Assembly: GCA_041483895.1 (NCBI GenBank)
Contig: JBGPGO010000011.1
Coordinates: forward strand, 32,001-96,000
Direction of reading: 5' to 3'
Source of the DNA: Fimbriimonadia bacterium
GTDB taxonomy: Bacteria > Armatimonadota > Fimbriimonadia > Fimbriimonadales > JABRVX01
Length of the DNA: 64,000 bases
Shown: piece by piece, positions 1 through 10,087 of the stretch
How the letters are laid out: each line of letters opens with the position of its first letter
Position numbering within the stretch: the first letter of the stretch is position 1
Translations under genes and position numbers: made by a program
The notes under the pieces: model-generated
Databases searched by the model: none
Seen by the model: the letters and a program-made list of their open reading frames with translations, nothing else
Told to the model about the DNA's origin: nothing

Positions 1-45
1 CTTGACCCGAAGGGTCACGCTATAGGAGGGTGATGTGATTGCCAT
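1..45 (-). CDS. 5' end of a gene running off the window; possibly ACT-domain NAD-dependent malic enzyme
   Basis: ATG at 45 reads MAITSPSYSVTLRVK, resembling the N-terminal P-S-Y/F-S-x-T-L-R start of ACT-domain malic enzymes; only 15 codons visible. Confidence 0.45.
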   Translation of the reverse strand, partial: MAITSPSYSVTLRVK

Positions 46-153
46 GCCCCTAGTGTATCCGTTGCTGTGCGGCAAGTTATGCCATTGATACGAATGACAT
101 CATGGGTTGCCTGTCAATGGTAGGAGTTTTGACTGACTTGGTGAGTTCTTAGC

Positions 154-331
154 GATGTGTTGGGGTTCACTGCCGCCGGCATCCCCCGGGCTTAGATGTG
201 TTGGGGTTCACTACCGCCGATATCCCCGGCCCGCCACCAACCTAGACCCCAACACGGCCTAAGGTGTTTGATGTGTTGGGGTTCACTTCCACCGATACCG
301 ATGGCCTGCCACTATCCTAGACCCCTACACG
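154..331. repeat. REP-like palindromic repeat cluster, family A
   Basis: GATGTGTTGGGGTTCACT at 154, 195 and 270; complementary arm ACCCC(A/T)ACAC at 246-255 and 321-330. Confidence 0.85.
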
Positions 332-333
332 CA

Positions 334-1893
334 TCAAGCCAGCACCTTCGTCACAACCTCCCCCTCCACATCCGTCAGCCGGAAGTTGCGGCCCTGGAAC
401 TTGTAGGTCAGCCGCGTGTGGTCCAGGCCCAGGCAGTGCAGAATGGTCGCCTGCAGGTCGTGCACGTGGATCGGATCGTCCACGGAGGTGAGGCCAAGGT
501 CGTCCGTCGCGCCGATAACCGCCCCGCGCTTGATACCCCCGCCCGCCATCCAAATCGTAAACGCCGTCCGCAGATGGTCGCGCCCCGCGTCCTCCTTCGT
601 CACCGCCGACTGCGCCATCGGTTGCCGACCAAACTCTGACCCCCAAATCACAAGCGTCTCGTCCAGCATCCCGCGCTGCTTCAAATCTTTGATCAGCGCC
701 GCCGCGCCCTGGTCCGTCTCCTTGCAGCGTTGCGGCAGGCCGGTGATCAGGTTCTGGTCGCCGCCGCCATGATGGTCCCATCCGCCATGGTCCAGCTGCA
801 CAAACCGCACGCCCCGCTCGATCAGTCGCCGCGCCAGCAGGCAGTTGTTGCCGAACGAGGTCTTCCCCGGCTCCGTCCCGTATAGCTCGTGCATCGCGGG
901 CGGCTCCTTGGCGATGTCCATCAGCTCCGGCACGCTGGTCTGCATTTTGAAGGCCATCTCGAACGATTCGATGCGTGTGGCGATCTCGGGGTCGCCGACG
1001 TCGGTCAACTCGCCCTGGTTCAATTCTTTAAGAGTGTCTAGCTGCTTGCGGCGAACATCGGCCGAGACGCCGGATGGGTTGGCGAGATACAGCACCGGAT
1101 CGCCCGCCGAGCGGAACGGCACGCCCTGATACACGCTGGGCAAAAACCCGCTGCCCCAACAGATGGTGCCGCATCGCCCGGACTTGCCGCTGGTCAGCAC
1201 CACAAAACCGGGCAGGTCCGCGCACTCGCTGCCCAGGCCGTAGGTGACCCACGAGCCCATGGTCGGCCGGCCCATGCGCGGCGAGCCGGTGGAGAGCAGC
1301 AGTTGCGCGGGCACATGGTTTATCTCGTTGGTGTGCATCGAGCGGACGAAGGTGATGTCATCAATTATCGAGGGCAGGTGTCGCATCAGCTCGCCGATGT
1401 ACATGCCGTTTTGGCCGTATTGCCCGAACTTCCAGGGCGATTGGAACACCTTCATGGTGTCCTTGTTGGTGAACGGCCCCAGCCTTAATCCTTTCACCGC
1501 TTCTTCCGGGATGTTCTGCCCGTTGTACTTGGCCAGGGCGGGCTTGTAGTCGAACAGGTCCACCTGGCTGGGCGCGCCGGTCATGTTGAGGAAGATGACG
1601 GCCTTGGCGGTGGCCGGAAAATGCCCCTTCTTCGGCGCCAGCGGGTCGGTCCGCACCCGCCCATCCCCACGCCCACTTCCATCCCCTCGCCCGATCCGCC
1701 CTTCATCCCCCGTATAGGTCTTATATGTCCTATCCGTCCTATAGGTCCCTGAGGTCGCTTCCGTCCCTGCCGTCCCCGCCGCCAACACCCTCTCATCCAA
1801 CAGGAAGGCAAGGGCAATCCCCCCAATCGCCGCCGCCCCGGTCTTTTGGAGAAAATGCCTACGGGTTATAAGTTTGATATCGTCGTTTTGCAT
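334..1893 (-). CDS. DUF1501 family protein (Tat-exported, sulfatase-like)
   Basis: Tat motif TRRHFL; family motifs AKAVIFLNMTGAPSQVDLFDYKP, ARRLIERGVRFVQL, WGSEFGR, HVHDLQATILH, GRNFRLTDV. Confidence 0.92.
   Translation of the reverse strand: MQNDDIKLITRRHFLQKTGAAAIGGIALAFLLDERVLAAGTAGTEATSGTYRTDRTYKTYTGDEGRIGRGDGSGRGDGRVRTDPLAPKKGHFPATAKAVIFLNMTGAPSQVDLFDYKPALAKYNGQNIPEEAVKGLRLGPFTNKDTMKVFQSPWKFGQYGQNGMYIGELMRHLPSIIDDITFVRSMHTNEINHVPAQLLLSTGSPRMGRPTMGSWVTYGLGSECADLPGFVVLTSGKSGRCGTICWGSGFLPSVYQGVPFRSAGDPVLYLANPSGVSADVRRKQLDTLKELNQGELTDVGDPEIATRIESFEMAFKMQTSVPELMDIAKEPPAMHELYGTEPGKTSFGNNCLLARRLIERGVRFVQLDHGGWDHHGGGDQNLITGLPQRCKETDQGAAALIKDLKQRGMLDETLVIWGSEFGRQPMAQSAVTKEDAGRDHLRTAFTIWMAGGGIKRGAVIGATDDLGLTSVDDPIHVHDLQATILHCLGLDHTRLTYKFQGRNFRLTDVEGEVVTKVLA
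1713..1775. repeat. 9-bp degenerate minisatellite inside the DUF1501 N-terminal linker
   Basis: TATAGGTCT TATATGTCC TATCCGTCC TATAGGTCC CTGAGGTCG CTTCCGTCC CTGCCGTCC; encodes GTAGTEATSGTYRTDRTYKTY. Confidence 0.75.
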
Positions 1894-2074
1894 TCTTGCT
1901 ATTTCAGTCCTTAACTGATATTACCGCGAGAATATGGCACCATGTAACCCCGCATTACAACGCTCATTCTAACAAGGGTCGCCGCCAACGGTTCAGGACC
2001 AGATTCTATGGGGCGGAGCGATTGGGCAAAGATTCACCCAGTTTCGATCCTACAGTTGATGATCACCGACCAGG

Positions 2075-5000
2075 TTATAGCGCCATCTCTACGGCCCCTT
2101 TTAGCTCTCGCAAGACCTCCGCCAATTCCTCGCCTAGCTCTCCTGACGACAAGGCTTCAATTTTCTGCTTGAAGGCTCGCTTATGCGCATCTGGCAATTC
2201 AATGAATGCATCGGCGGAGTGGTGAAGGGCGTTCGCAAGCCATTTCAGCGCTTTGACGTCTTTTCGCTCAAGCAGTTTTTCAAAATTGTCTCGGAGATGC
2301 TTGGAGAACTCTTGCTCAAGCACGCGGGCGCTGACAATTTCGGCACCAAATTCGTCCAATATCGGACCTGGAGTCTCCGACTCCCAGATCAAATCTAACA
2401 TTGAAGAGAGAAGGGACATCCTATGATCCTCTGAGATGGTGGGAAGGAGTGAACGAAGTCCAGGTGGTTGTTTCGGTGGCTTTGGACCGAGCAATCGCTT
2501 CTTAGCGTAGCCCTTGATCGCATCCGAGAGAGGGAAGGAAACTGTGATAGGCCTTTCCGTTTCAGCTCGGTGCAACAAAATGTCGATAGTCATCTCCGAA
2601 TGCTCCAAAGCGTGCAACCAGTCCTGTTCCCCCATCGCGCGGAGCCCCTTAGTAAGAAACGACGTGAATTGCTCATCCTCTGGATCGTCAATCTCGCAGT
2701 ACAGTCGGGCCCTTTCTCCTTTGAATGGTTCGGATGCAGTTATGTGTCTGAGTTCGGTTCGACCGCCTGAACCCACGATTGTAGCGAATTTTTCGTCTGA
2801 GTAGTTTTGCTGAAAGACATCTAGAATCGGGAGAATGTTGTCGCGGAAGAGCCTCGGGCTTGTCTTCTCATCTCTGACCAACTCATACAAAATACTAGCA
2901 ATTGCAGGCCGGAAACGTTCGACCCGACCCCCAATCTCTATAAACTTGTCGATAAGGTCGTGGTCCGCAACCACCATTGCAATGGCGCGGGCGAAGTCAC
3001 TTGATCCCGTGGGCTCAAACAAGAACGTATTGAATGCATTCCAGCCCGAAGTCGCGTCCTCTGACGGCAGTTCTGGTTCTTGACTATCCTGCAGGATAAT
3101 GAAATGTGCCACCGCTGATTCTGCGGCGGCTGACATTCCTTCTGGTTCTTCCATCAAACGTAGTTGGCATGCCAACACTCCTCTTGTGACGAGCCCAGAG
3201 AGTATGGATGTGGCTTGATCATCGATGGGTGAGAGGGCGGTTGGACGCCATAACCGGAGCAAGGAACAGATCGCCGCTTCTGCCTCAACTGCCGTTAGCT
3301 CTGCTTGCAAATTCAGTCGGTTTTCCAGCTTAGTTGCAATCGGCTCGGTGGGCCACGTCTTCTCATATCGGACAATGGTCTTTAGGGCTGCCGCATACTT
3401 ACGGTCCAGCAACCCGTTCTCAATAATGCTCTCGAGTTCGCCGACCACTTGCGGCAGATGTTGTCCAGGATCAAACAGGGGGAGCCAATTATTACTTTCA
3501 TTGGCGAGCTCGGTGTAAATTTCAAGGAGGAACCATTCTTTGTCGGCAAGGAGATTGGGTACGGAGATAGATGGATGGTATTCGAGAACGATTTGTATCA
3601 AGCCCTTAACTATCAGGAACCAACCTAAAGCCCTTGTCCGCCTTGAAATACCGTCGGCTGCGTCGATTGTTGCGGCACCGTTCAGAACGGAAACCAGTAC
3701 GTTGGCGTGGAAAGTTTGCTCAGTCCGGGCCTGGAGAATCGCAGCCAGGCCGTCCCGAGATGCCGGGTCGAGATCATTCATGCTCTCCAGTGTAGTAAAC
3801 CGATATGCGATGTCCCGTAACATTGATTCACGGTACCTAGTCTCAAGGCGCTGAAGATTCGCTATCGCTCCGGCCGCCTTCATTCTGCTGCTCAGGGCGC
3901 CCTCTTCCAACAATTGATGGAGATGTGACTCCAATTCGATCGCAAACCACTCTGCCTCCACTTCATCGTCAATTAGGCCATCGAAAGAGCCCGCATCGAA
4001 TCCGGTGCCAATCTTCGGACCCACCAACACTTGCAGGGCCTTATCGGCGTCAACTCCATATTTCATGGCCGCAAGCATTTTGCAGGTATCCAGGGTGCGG
4101 AGCTCTGCTGGCAGTTGCAACCAGACTGCAGCAGACGTGTCTGAGGCCATCTTCACAATGTCCCAACTCGAGTCTAAAATGGCAGCATACGCTGCTTGGA
4201 CACCCAGGGGGAACTGGTGCTGCCATTGGCGGTGAAGAGATCCCAGCTTGTTAACGAAAACTTTGACATCTCGTGGAGTGACCGTGCCCTTCTTCGCATT
4301 TTGAGAGCGATGAATTCTGAAGACGATGTCAAAGTCCTCTTCGGGATGATCTGGCATCGCTTTCCGAAGCTGTGCCATAAGATATTCGCGCCAGTTCGAA
4401 AGTACAAGAGGGGGCACGCGAAATTCGACTTGAAACGTCTTATCCCGAAACGCTTGGCCAATCGGAGCAGGCTGTCCTTCGTTATTAGACCACAAACCGC
4501 CTAAGGCGGTGGGATCAAATGGCACGACTAACCATGTCTTCTGCTTCCAATTTGATTCCTCCGTCACTTGGAAATCGAAAAAGGTCTGCAAAGTCGACCA
4601 AATTGCCAGCGCGTCGTCCCGATCCGTTCGATCTAAATTGTCAATGACGATAACAAGCTTCTTTGCCGAATTGCCATTCAAAATCATCAGTTCTTGGAAA
4701 TGGCGCTGAAACTCCAAGGACGAAGGCTCTGGACCCTCCAACTGCGTTGACTCATCGATCTTTCGGTGCAAATTGACCATGCTTCCAACAGCATTGACCA
4801 GAACGCTCTTCATCTCCTGGGCATAAGAACGCTTAAAGATGGCTGCACCAAGTACCGCTAGCAACAGAAGAAAGAAGACGATTAATTGGGCGACGTTGAA
4901 GTAGAGCCAACTCGGAGACAGCGGCAGAGCCTTCTTGAGGAGTTCCACGGCAACTGGTAACCCGAGTATCACGAAAGGTATCACAATGCAGCCAGCCGTT

Positions 5001-5425
5001 GTCAACATCGGGGAGGAATCGGTTACAATTTCCTTTTTCCTCCCTGAGATTTCCCTCCTCCGTTCTTCTGCGGCCTCTTCCGTAATGACTTCTTTCCGTT
5101 TCAGAAAGTTAATTAATTCTTCCAAGAATGCGCGCCTTAGCGGATCGCCCCTATGCGACCACGCGTCGAAAATGAAAAGTTCTCCATCCTCTTCAATCGC
5201 ATTCCCTAGCATTTTGACAACGGAGGACTTCCCTCCACCCCATGCGCCTGTCAGGGCGACACGGCGTCCGCCAGACTCGACTTGAATCATCTCGCATATG
5301 GCTTCGGCAACCGCGCGGTGGGTCTGAAAATCATCTGAGCCAGTAGGTTCGTCGCTTAGCAGGCGCGTTGAGCACCTAGTACGGCTCGCTAACGCAGTTT
5401 TCTTGGAGTCGGATTCCGTAGTCAT
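2075..5425 (-). CDS. KAP-family P-loop NTPase with two TM segments and long helical C-terminus
   Basis: N-terminal DEPTGSDDF; Walker A GAWGGGKS; FDAWSHRGDPLRRAF; two hydrophobic helices; Walker B LVIVIDNLDR; TPRDVKVFVN. Start placed at ATG 5425 (MTTESD). Confidence 0.85.
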   Translation of the reverse strand: MTTESDSKKTALASRTRCSTRLLSDEPTGSDDFQTHRAVAEAICEMIQVESGGRRVALTGAWGGGKSSVVKMLGNAIEEDGELFIFDAWSHRGDPLRRAFLEELINFLKRKEVITEEAAEERRREISGRKKEIVTDSSPMLTTAGCIVIPFVILGLPVAVELLKKALPLSPSWLYFNVAQLIVFFLLLLAVLGAAIFKRSYAQEMKSVLVNAVGSMVNLHRKIDESTQLEGPEPSSLEFQRHFQELMILNGNSAKKLVIVIDNLDRTDRDDALAIWSTLQTFFDFQVTEESNWKQKTWLVVPFDPTALGGLWSNNEGQPAPIGQAFRDKTFQVEFRVPPLVLSNWREYLMAQLRKAMPDHPEEDFDIVFRIHRSQNAKKGTVTPRDVKVFVNKLGSLHRQWQHQFPLGVQAAYAAILDSSWDIVKMASDTSAAVWLQLPAELRTLDTCKMLAAMKYGVDADKALQVLVGPKIGTGFDAGSFDGLIDDEVEAEWFAIELESHLHQLLEEGALSSRMKAAGAIANLQRLETRYRESMLRDIAYRFTTLESMNDLDPASRDGLAAILQARTEQTFHANVLVSVLNGAATIDAADGISRRTRALGWFLIVKGLIQIVLEYHPSISVPNLLADKEWFLLEIYTELANESNNWLPLFDPGQHLPQVVGELESIIENGLLDRKYAAALKTIVRYEKTWPTEPIATKLENRLNLQAELTAVEAEAAICSLLRLWRPTALSPIDDQATSILSGLVTRGVLACQLRLMEEPEGMSAAAESAVAHFIILQDSQEPELPSEDATSGWNAFNTFLFEPTGSSDFARAIAMVVADHDLIDKFIEIGGRVERFRPAIASILYELVRDEKTSPRLFRDNILPILDVFQQNYSDEKFATIVGSGGRTELRHITASEPFKGERARLYCEIDDPEDEQFTSFLTKGLRAMGEQDWLHALEHSEMTIDILLHRAETERPITVSFPLSDAIKGYAKKRLLGPKPPKQPPGLRSLLPTISEDHRMSLLSSMLDLIWESETPGPILDEFGAEIVSARVLEQEFSKHLRDNFEKLLERKDVKALKWLANALHHSADAFIELPDAHKRAFKQKIEALSSGELGEELAEVLRELKGAVEMAL

Positions 5426-5709
5426 ATAGTGACCTTGATTCGACGATTGCACAACGTGCTCCCTGCTACCTCGCAATCGAAATTCGTGTGTCGCATCGCT
5501 AATTCCTGCACTCAGATGCGCTAGCGGGTCTCCGATGTGCTGGGGTGTCCGCACCGTGCACTGACATTCCCCTGTCTCCCGCCCGGAACTCACTCCGCCC
5601 AAGCCGTGCATCCGGGGTCTGAGAACACGAGGCCCAGGAGGTCCGGGCATTGCGCGGCGCGCATGCCCTTCCCGCCCGGGACCTGAGTGGGGCAAAGGTC
5701 CTATACCAG

Positions 5710-5739
5710 TAGACAAACTATACCAACAGGTGTTATAAT
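5710..5739 (+). promoter_or_regulatory. Putative sigma70 promoter with extended -10
   Basis: TAGACA (5710-5715), 18-nt spacer ending TGT, TATAAT (5734-5739); CTATACCA direct repeat at 5701 and 5718. Confidence 0.55.
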
Positions 5740-5941
5740 GTCTGGTAATGCTATAGCAGGCACTAAGCCGAGAGAAAACAGTCCACTGGTGGCTGGTCCT
5801 ACACTACGGCGTGGCAGCTGAACCGCGGCCGTACGTTAGGTTCATAAAATGGCGCCGTCTGCGCCCAGGTCAAGACTAACCTGGCCCCAGACGAAGACCT
5901 GTACTAAGCGATGCCGAAAAAGCTCGCCCCGACCGAAGGCG

Positions 5942-6085
5942 ATGGCTAAACGCGAAGCCCAAGCCGAGGCCGAAGGACAGGTATGGAGGTACACCGTCAC
6001 GGGTTGGCCGAAAGCCAAGCCGGGGCTCGCCCTGCGCGCAGCCGAACGCGCCAACCCGGCGGTTACCGCCAAACAATTGAATTAA
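5942..6085 (+). CDS. Small hypothetical protein (47 aa), doubtful
   Basis: MAKREAQAEAEGQVWRYTVTGWPK..., downstream of the 5710 promoter; no recognisable domain. Confidence 0.25.
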   Translation: MAKREAQAEAEGQVWRYTVTGWPKAKPGLALRAAERANPAVTAKQLN

Positions 6086-6154
6086 CAGCGGTCCGTGCAA
6101 CCCGGGGCGAATTTTCACCGCCGGCGGGGGTCCTCCCGGTTGCCTGATGCTTCC

Positions 6155-6238
6155 CCTCCCCCTTTTTCGGCCTGTCGCAGCACCTTTCCGATGGCCAGGA
6201 CCTAAACCGAAAAAGGGGGAGGATCAAGGTGGGGGTTC
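6155..6238 (-). repeat. Palindromic element family B, intergenic copy
   Basis: 16-bp perfect inverted repeat CCTCCCCCTTTTTCGG (6155-6170) / CCGAAAAAGGGGGAGG (6207-6222) followed by GGTGGGGGTTC tail. Confidence 0.85.
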
Positions 6239-6323
6239 GTCCGCAGAAAAAGAAAAATGAATCATTCCGGAATCGAACGTTGCGGACGATGGCGACTTAG
6301 GTTCGATAGGAAACCGGCTGAAC

Positions 6324-6392
6324 GATGAAGAACCCCCACCCAACCCTCCCCCTTTTCCAGGCTGACGCCTGAAAAAATGGGAGGGCTTTCCG
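6324..6392 (+). repeat. Palindromic element family B, intergenic copy just after DUF1553 stop
   Basis: GATGAAGAACCCCCACCCAACCCTCCCCCTTTTCCAGGCTGACGCCTGAAAAAATGGGAGGGCTTTCCG. Confidence 0.9.
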
Positions 6393-6394
6393 GA

Positions 6395-9300
6395 TTATCC
6401 CTTCGTTATCGTTTCGTCCATGTTGAGGAGGACGTTGGCGACGATGATGAGGGCGGCGAGGGAGGGATCGTCGCCCATTTCGCGCGCGTCTTTGATCACC
6501 GCGGTGGCAGCAGCCGGGTCCGCGCGGTATTGCGTGAGCGAAATGGTGAATAGTTTCATTAGCGCCGACAATTCTTGCTTTGTCGGGCGGCGGGATGTGC
6601 ATGCGCGGAAGCCGTACTCGATCCCCAATGGCGGATTCCAATTCGTAGTGTCGCCGCCGTGCTTTAGCATCTCCATCGCAAGCCCGCCGGCGCATTCGAA
6701 GAACAGCGGGTCGTTGAGAGTGCTGAGCGCCTGCAGCGGGGTGTTGGTGCGCGTGCGTTTGGCGCTGCACGTGTCGCGGCTGTTGGTGTCGAAGGTCAGC
6801 GCGGTGGGGAACGGGGCGGTCCTTCGCCAATAGGTATAGAGGCCGCGGCGGTATCGGTTCGGCCCTTCCTCGTCCTTCCACCGCTCTTTGGTGTCGTAGA
6901 AGCTGAAGCTGTCTTCCCAGATGCCCGGCGGCTGCGGGGGCATGACGCTGGGTCCGCCGATTGCGGGGTTGAGGCGGCCGCTGGCGGTCAGCGCGATGTC
7001 GCGCACCATCTCCGATTCCGCCCGGAACCTCGGGCCGCGGGCGTAGAGTGTGTTGTAAGGGTCTTTCTCCAGCAGTGATGAAGAACCCCCACCCAACCCT
7101 CCCCCTTTTTCCGGTTTCTGGCTGGCAGTGGATATCGGAGGTCGGGAAAAAGAGGGAGGGCTTTTCTTTGCGGATGGACCCCCACCCCGACCCTCCCCCT
7201 TACTCGTTCCTCGCAAGAGGGAGGGGGGCAAAGCACTTGATTGCCGATAGGTGGCGGATAGGACGATCAGTTTCTGCATCGCCTTGACATCCCAGCCGAC
7301 CCGCACGAACTCCGTCGCCAGCCAATCGAGAAGCTCGGGGTGAGTGGGGCGTTCGCCCTGGGAGCCGAAGTCCTCCATGGTGGAGACCAGGCCGCGCCCG
7401 AAGAACTGCTCCCACAGGCGGTTGACGGCCACGCGGGCGGTCAGCGGGTTCTTGCCATCCACCAGCCAGCGCGCCAGTCCCAGGCGGTTGGGCGGACCGT
7501 CAAAGTTCCCAAAAACCTCGGGGGTGGCGGGAGTGACCAGGTCGGCGGGTGTGCGGAAGTCCCCGCGCGTCAGCAGGTGAGTTTCGCGCGGTTTTTCCTG
7601 CTCTTTCATCACCATGACCGTGGGCGACATGTTGTTGATTTCGTCCTGGCGTCCCCTGATGGCGGCGATGCGCGTTTGGATTTCCTGGAACGGCGCGGCA
7701 TGCTGCAGGTAATAGTCCTCCAGCTTTTTCGCCTGTTCTTTCGTCCGGTCTTTGGCGTCAAGGATTTGAGAGATTTCCGCGGTCGGCGGCGTTTCGCTCG
7801 CGAGCTCTGAGTCTGGGGTGACCGAGAGGCGGAAGCGACCGATGTTGTGGTGGGCGAATCGTTTGCTGGGATGGAGCGTAATGACTAATGTATCGCCTTC
7901 ATGCGGGTGGATCGGCATGGCGAGGCGCAGGACGGCTGCGTGGTCCACGCGGTTTTCCGGCTCGAACCCCGCGATGGCCCAGCCGAGACCGTCGCCATTG
8001 ATCAGGTCCCGTGCCTTGTGCCCGCCTTGCGCAAAGTCCACGTGCGCATCGGCGAGGGGGATGTCTGTGATGTTGCCGAGGAAGTCGCGCATCTGCACCT
8101 GAACCCGCGCCACCACGAAGTTGCCGTTGACGTTGCGCCCGCTGCTGCCGAAGGGGAGCGATGGATGAGTGAGCGCCTCGAGCCGCAACCCAACAAACGG
8201 AGCGCGCGGATGCAGCTCCACGGTGTATGTGTCCGCCTCCGGGTCCTCTCCGCCGGCCACCACGGAGCCGTCTCCCAAGATCGTCGTCGTCGCGCCGGCC
8301 CGCACGCTTGTTGGCATCGCAACTTGCCATCCCTTTGATTGACGCTGCTCCCAAACCGCCTGGTCTCGCGGCACCGAGTCCAACTCTTTCACCGCGCGGG
8401 CCATGGATTCCGTCAGCCGTCCCATTTCGGATTTCTGTCCATCGTTCAGCACGCGCAGGATGGGGTCGGGGTCCCGGCCGTTGTCTTCGCTGGTGTTGAA
8501 GAAAGCATAAAACTTGTAGTAGTCGGTCTGCGGGAAGGGATCGTATTTGTGGCTATGGCACTGGCAGCAGGCGAGGGTGGTGCCCATCCAAGTGGTTGCG
8601 GTGGTGTTCACCCGATCCATCACGGCCACCACGCGGAACTCTTCCGGGTCGATGCCGCCCTCGTCGTTGAGCAGGCTATTCCGGTGGAAGGCGCTGGCGA
8701 TTCTCTGCTGATCCGTCGGGTTGGGAAGCAGGTCTCCGGCGAGCTGCGCGATGGTGAACTCATCGTAGAGCATGTTCTGGTTGAAGGCGTTGATGAGCCA
8801 GTCGCGATACAGGTACATCTGTCGCGGCAGGTCTTTCTCATAGCCGTTGGTGTCCGCGTAGCGTGCCAGGTCCAGCCAGATTCGGGCCATGCGCTCGCCG
8901 TAATGCGGGGACGCAAGCAGCCGGTCCACCAGTTTTTCGTAGGCATTCGGGCTCTTGTCGGCGAGGTAGTCGTCCACCTCTTCGACGGTCGGCGGGAGGC
9001 CGGTTAGGTCCAGGGAAAGGCGGCGGATGAGGGTCTCTTTGGTGGCTTCTTTCTGGGGCGTCAGTCCTTCTTTCTCCAGCCGAGCGAGGATGAAGCGGTC
9101 GATCGGGATGCGGGGCCATACGGAGAGCCCGCCCCTTTTTTCAGGCGTCAGCCTGGAAAAGGGGGAGGGTTGGGAGGGGGTTTTCTTCATCATGGCAAGG
9201 AGCTGGGCATCCGTCGGCGGCGCCGGCCGTTTAGGCGGAATGTAGGCCCAGTGCTTTCCCGCCGCGCCACCGAATGCCGCGCCTTCATCGATCCATCGCT

Positions 9301-9607
9301 TGATGAGCGCGATTTGGTCGTCCGGCAGCGGGTTGAATCCCATTGGCATGCGCGGCTTATCGTCAAGACCGCGCAGGCGCCTGACCAACAGGCTGCGGTC
9401 GCCCTCCCCGGGGATGATCAGCGCGCCGCTCTGACCGCCCTTGCGTATTCCCTCGGTCGCGTCCAACCGCATGCCCGCCGACTGCAACCCTGCCCCGTGG
9501 CATTGGGCGCAGTGGGCCTTCAGGACCGGCAGGATGTCCTTGGCAAAGTCGACCTTGGGTTTTTGGGCGGATCCGCTCAGCAGCGCAAAAACAGAAAGTG
9601 CGCCCAT
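6395..9607 (-). CDS. Planctomycete cytochrome c / DUF1549 (PSCyt2) / DUF1553 (PSD1) domain protein
   Basis: [80 protein letters not shown]. Confidence 0.93.
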   Translation of the reverse strand: MGALSVFALLSGSAQKPKVDFAKDILPVLKAHCAQCHGAGLQSAGMRLDATEGIRKGGQSGALIIPGEGDRSLLVRRLRGLDDKPRMPMGFNPLPDDQIALIKRWIDEGAAFGGAAGKHWAYIPPKRPAPPTDAQLLAMMKKTPSQPSPFSRLTPEKRGGLSVWPRIPIDRFILARLEKEGLTPQKEATKETLIRRLSLDLTGLPPTVEEVDDYLADKSPNAYEKLVDRLLASPHYGERMARIWLDLARYADTNGYEKDLPRQMYLYRDWLINAFNQNMLYDEFTIAQLAGDLLPNPTDQQRIASAFHRNSLLNDEGGIDPEEFRVVAVMDRVNTTATTWMGTTLACCQCHSHKYDPFPQTDYYKFYAFFNTSEDNGRDPDPILRVLNDGQKSEMGRLTESMARAVKELDSVPRDQAVWEQRQSKGWQVAMPTSVRAGATTTILGDGSVVAGGEDPEADTYTVELHPRAPFVGLRLEALTHPSLPFGSSGRNVNGNFVVARVQVQMRDFLGNITDIPLADAHVDFAQGGHKARDLINGDGLGWAIAGFEPENRVDHAAVLRLAMPIHPHEGDTLVITLHPSKRFAHHNIGRFRLSVTPDSELASETPPTAEISQILDAKDRTKEQAKKLEDYYLQHAAPFQEIQTRIAAIRGRQDEINNMSPTVMVMKEQEKPRETHLLTRGDFRTPADLVTPATPEVFGNFDGPPNRLGLARWLVDGKNPLTARVAVNRLWEQFFGRGLVSTMEDFGSQGERPTHPELLDWLATEFVRVGWDVKAMQKLIVLSATYRQSSALPPSLLRGTSKGEGRGGGPSAKKSPPSFSRPPISTASQKPEKGGGLGGGSSSLLEKDPYNTLYARGPRFRAESEMVRDIALTASGRLNPAIGGPSVMPPQPPGIWEDSFSFYDTKERWKDEEGPNRYRRGLYTYWRRTAPFPTALTFDTNSRDTCSAKRTRTNTPLQALSTLNDPLFFECAGGLAMEMLKHGGDTTNWNPPLGIEYGFRACTSRRPTKQELSALMKLFTISLTQYRADPAAATAVIKDAREMGDDPSLAALIIVANVLLNMDETITKG
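7078..7231 (+). repeat. Two family B palindromic elements inserted in-frame in the DUF1553 gene
   Basis: GAAGAACCCCCACCCAACCCTCCCCCTTTTTCCG...CGGGAAAAAGAGGGAGGGC and ACCCCCACCCCGACCCTCCCCCTT...AAGAGGGAGGGGGGC. Confidence 0.88.
9121..9192 (-). repeat. Family B palindromic element inserted in-frame in the DUF1553 gene
   Basis: Reverse complement nearly identical to 6324-6392; encodes [24 protein letters not shown]. Confidence 0.9.
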
Positions 9608-9730
9608 GCCCCCGATGAAATGAGACTTCTTCGTGTCTTGTCACCTCTCTGGAGATTAGGCCAATGATAACCCCCATTCGCTAAAATGTCTACGTGCGCA
9701 AGCTCAAATGACTGTAGAAGTTCGCCAGTC

Positions 9731-9970
9731 CTAGTTGCTGTCGCGTTCAAAGTTCAATAGGACAAGATTGAAGTCATATAAATCCGTGATGCCGTCCCAA
9801 TTAACATCGCTATCTCTAAATCCATGTACGACGTTAAAACCCGAAATAATCGTGGGATCACAAGAGAAAACCGGCCCAGAGTCTATATGTGGACATTCAG
9901 CAGGCGTCTCTGCCATTTTCTCCTGGATTTGAACCGCACAAATAGTGTATCCTATCGGATAGGTTCGCAT
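9731..9970 (-). pseudogene. Dockerin/EF-hand-like C-terminal fragment, probable gene remnant
   Basis: Ends DSDVNWDGITDLYDFNLVLLNF; no signal peptide; frame stays open ~30 codons upstream of the ATG without a canonical start. Confidence 0.5.
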
Positions 9971-10087
9971 TGTGGAATAGTCATTCCCAGGCGGCCAACA
10001 AACGATCCCGGTGGGATCTACGCTTTCGCTCTCGATGATATCCCTTTTGGCGGTCCTGAATCAGCCAATTCCTCAAGGAGGAGACCG

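Noticed and set aside
1967..2081. Integron attC site after the KAP gene (TAAC...GTTA ends with partial complementarity)
   Set aside because: R'' does not fit RYYYAAC, L boxes do not pair convincingly, and no integrase or second cassette is present
5426..5716. 97-aa N-terminal extension of the KAP ORF from TTG 5716
   Set aside because: Pro/Arg-rich non-domain sequence overlapping a divergent promoter; the family-like sequence starts after ATG 5425
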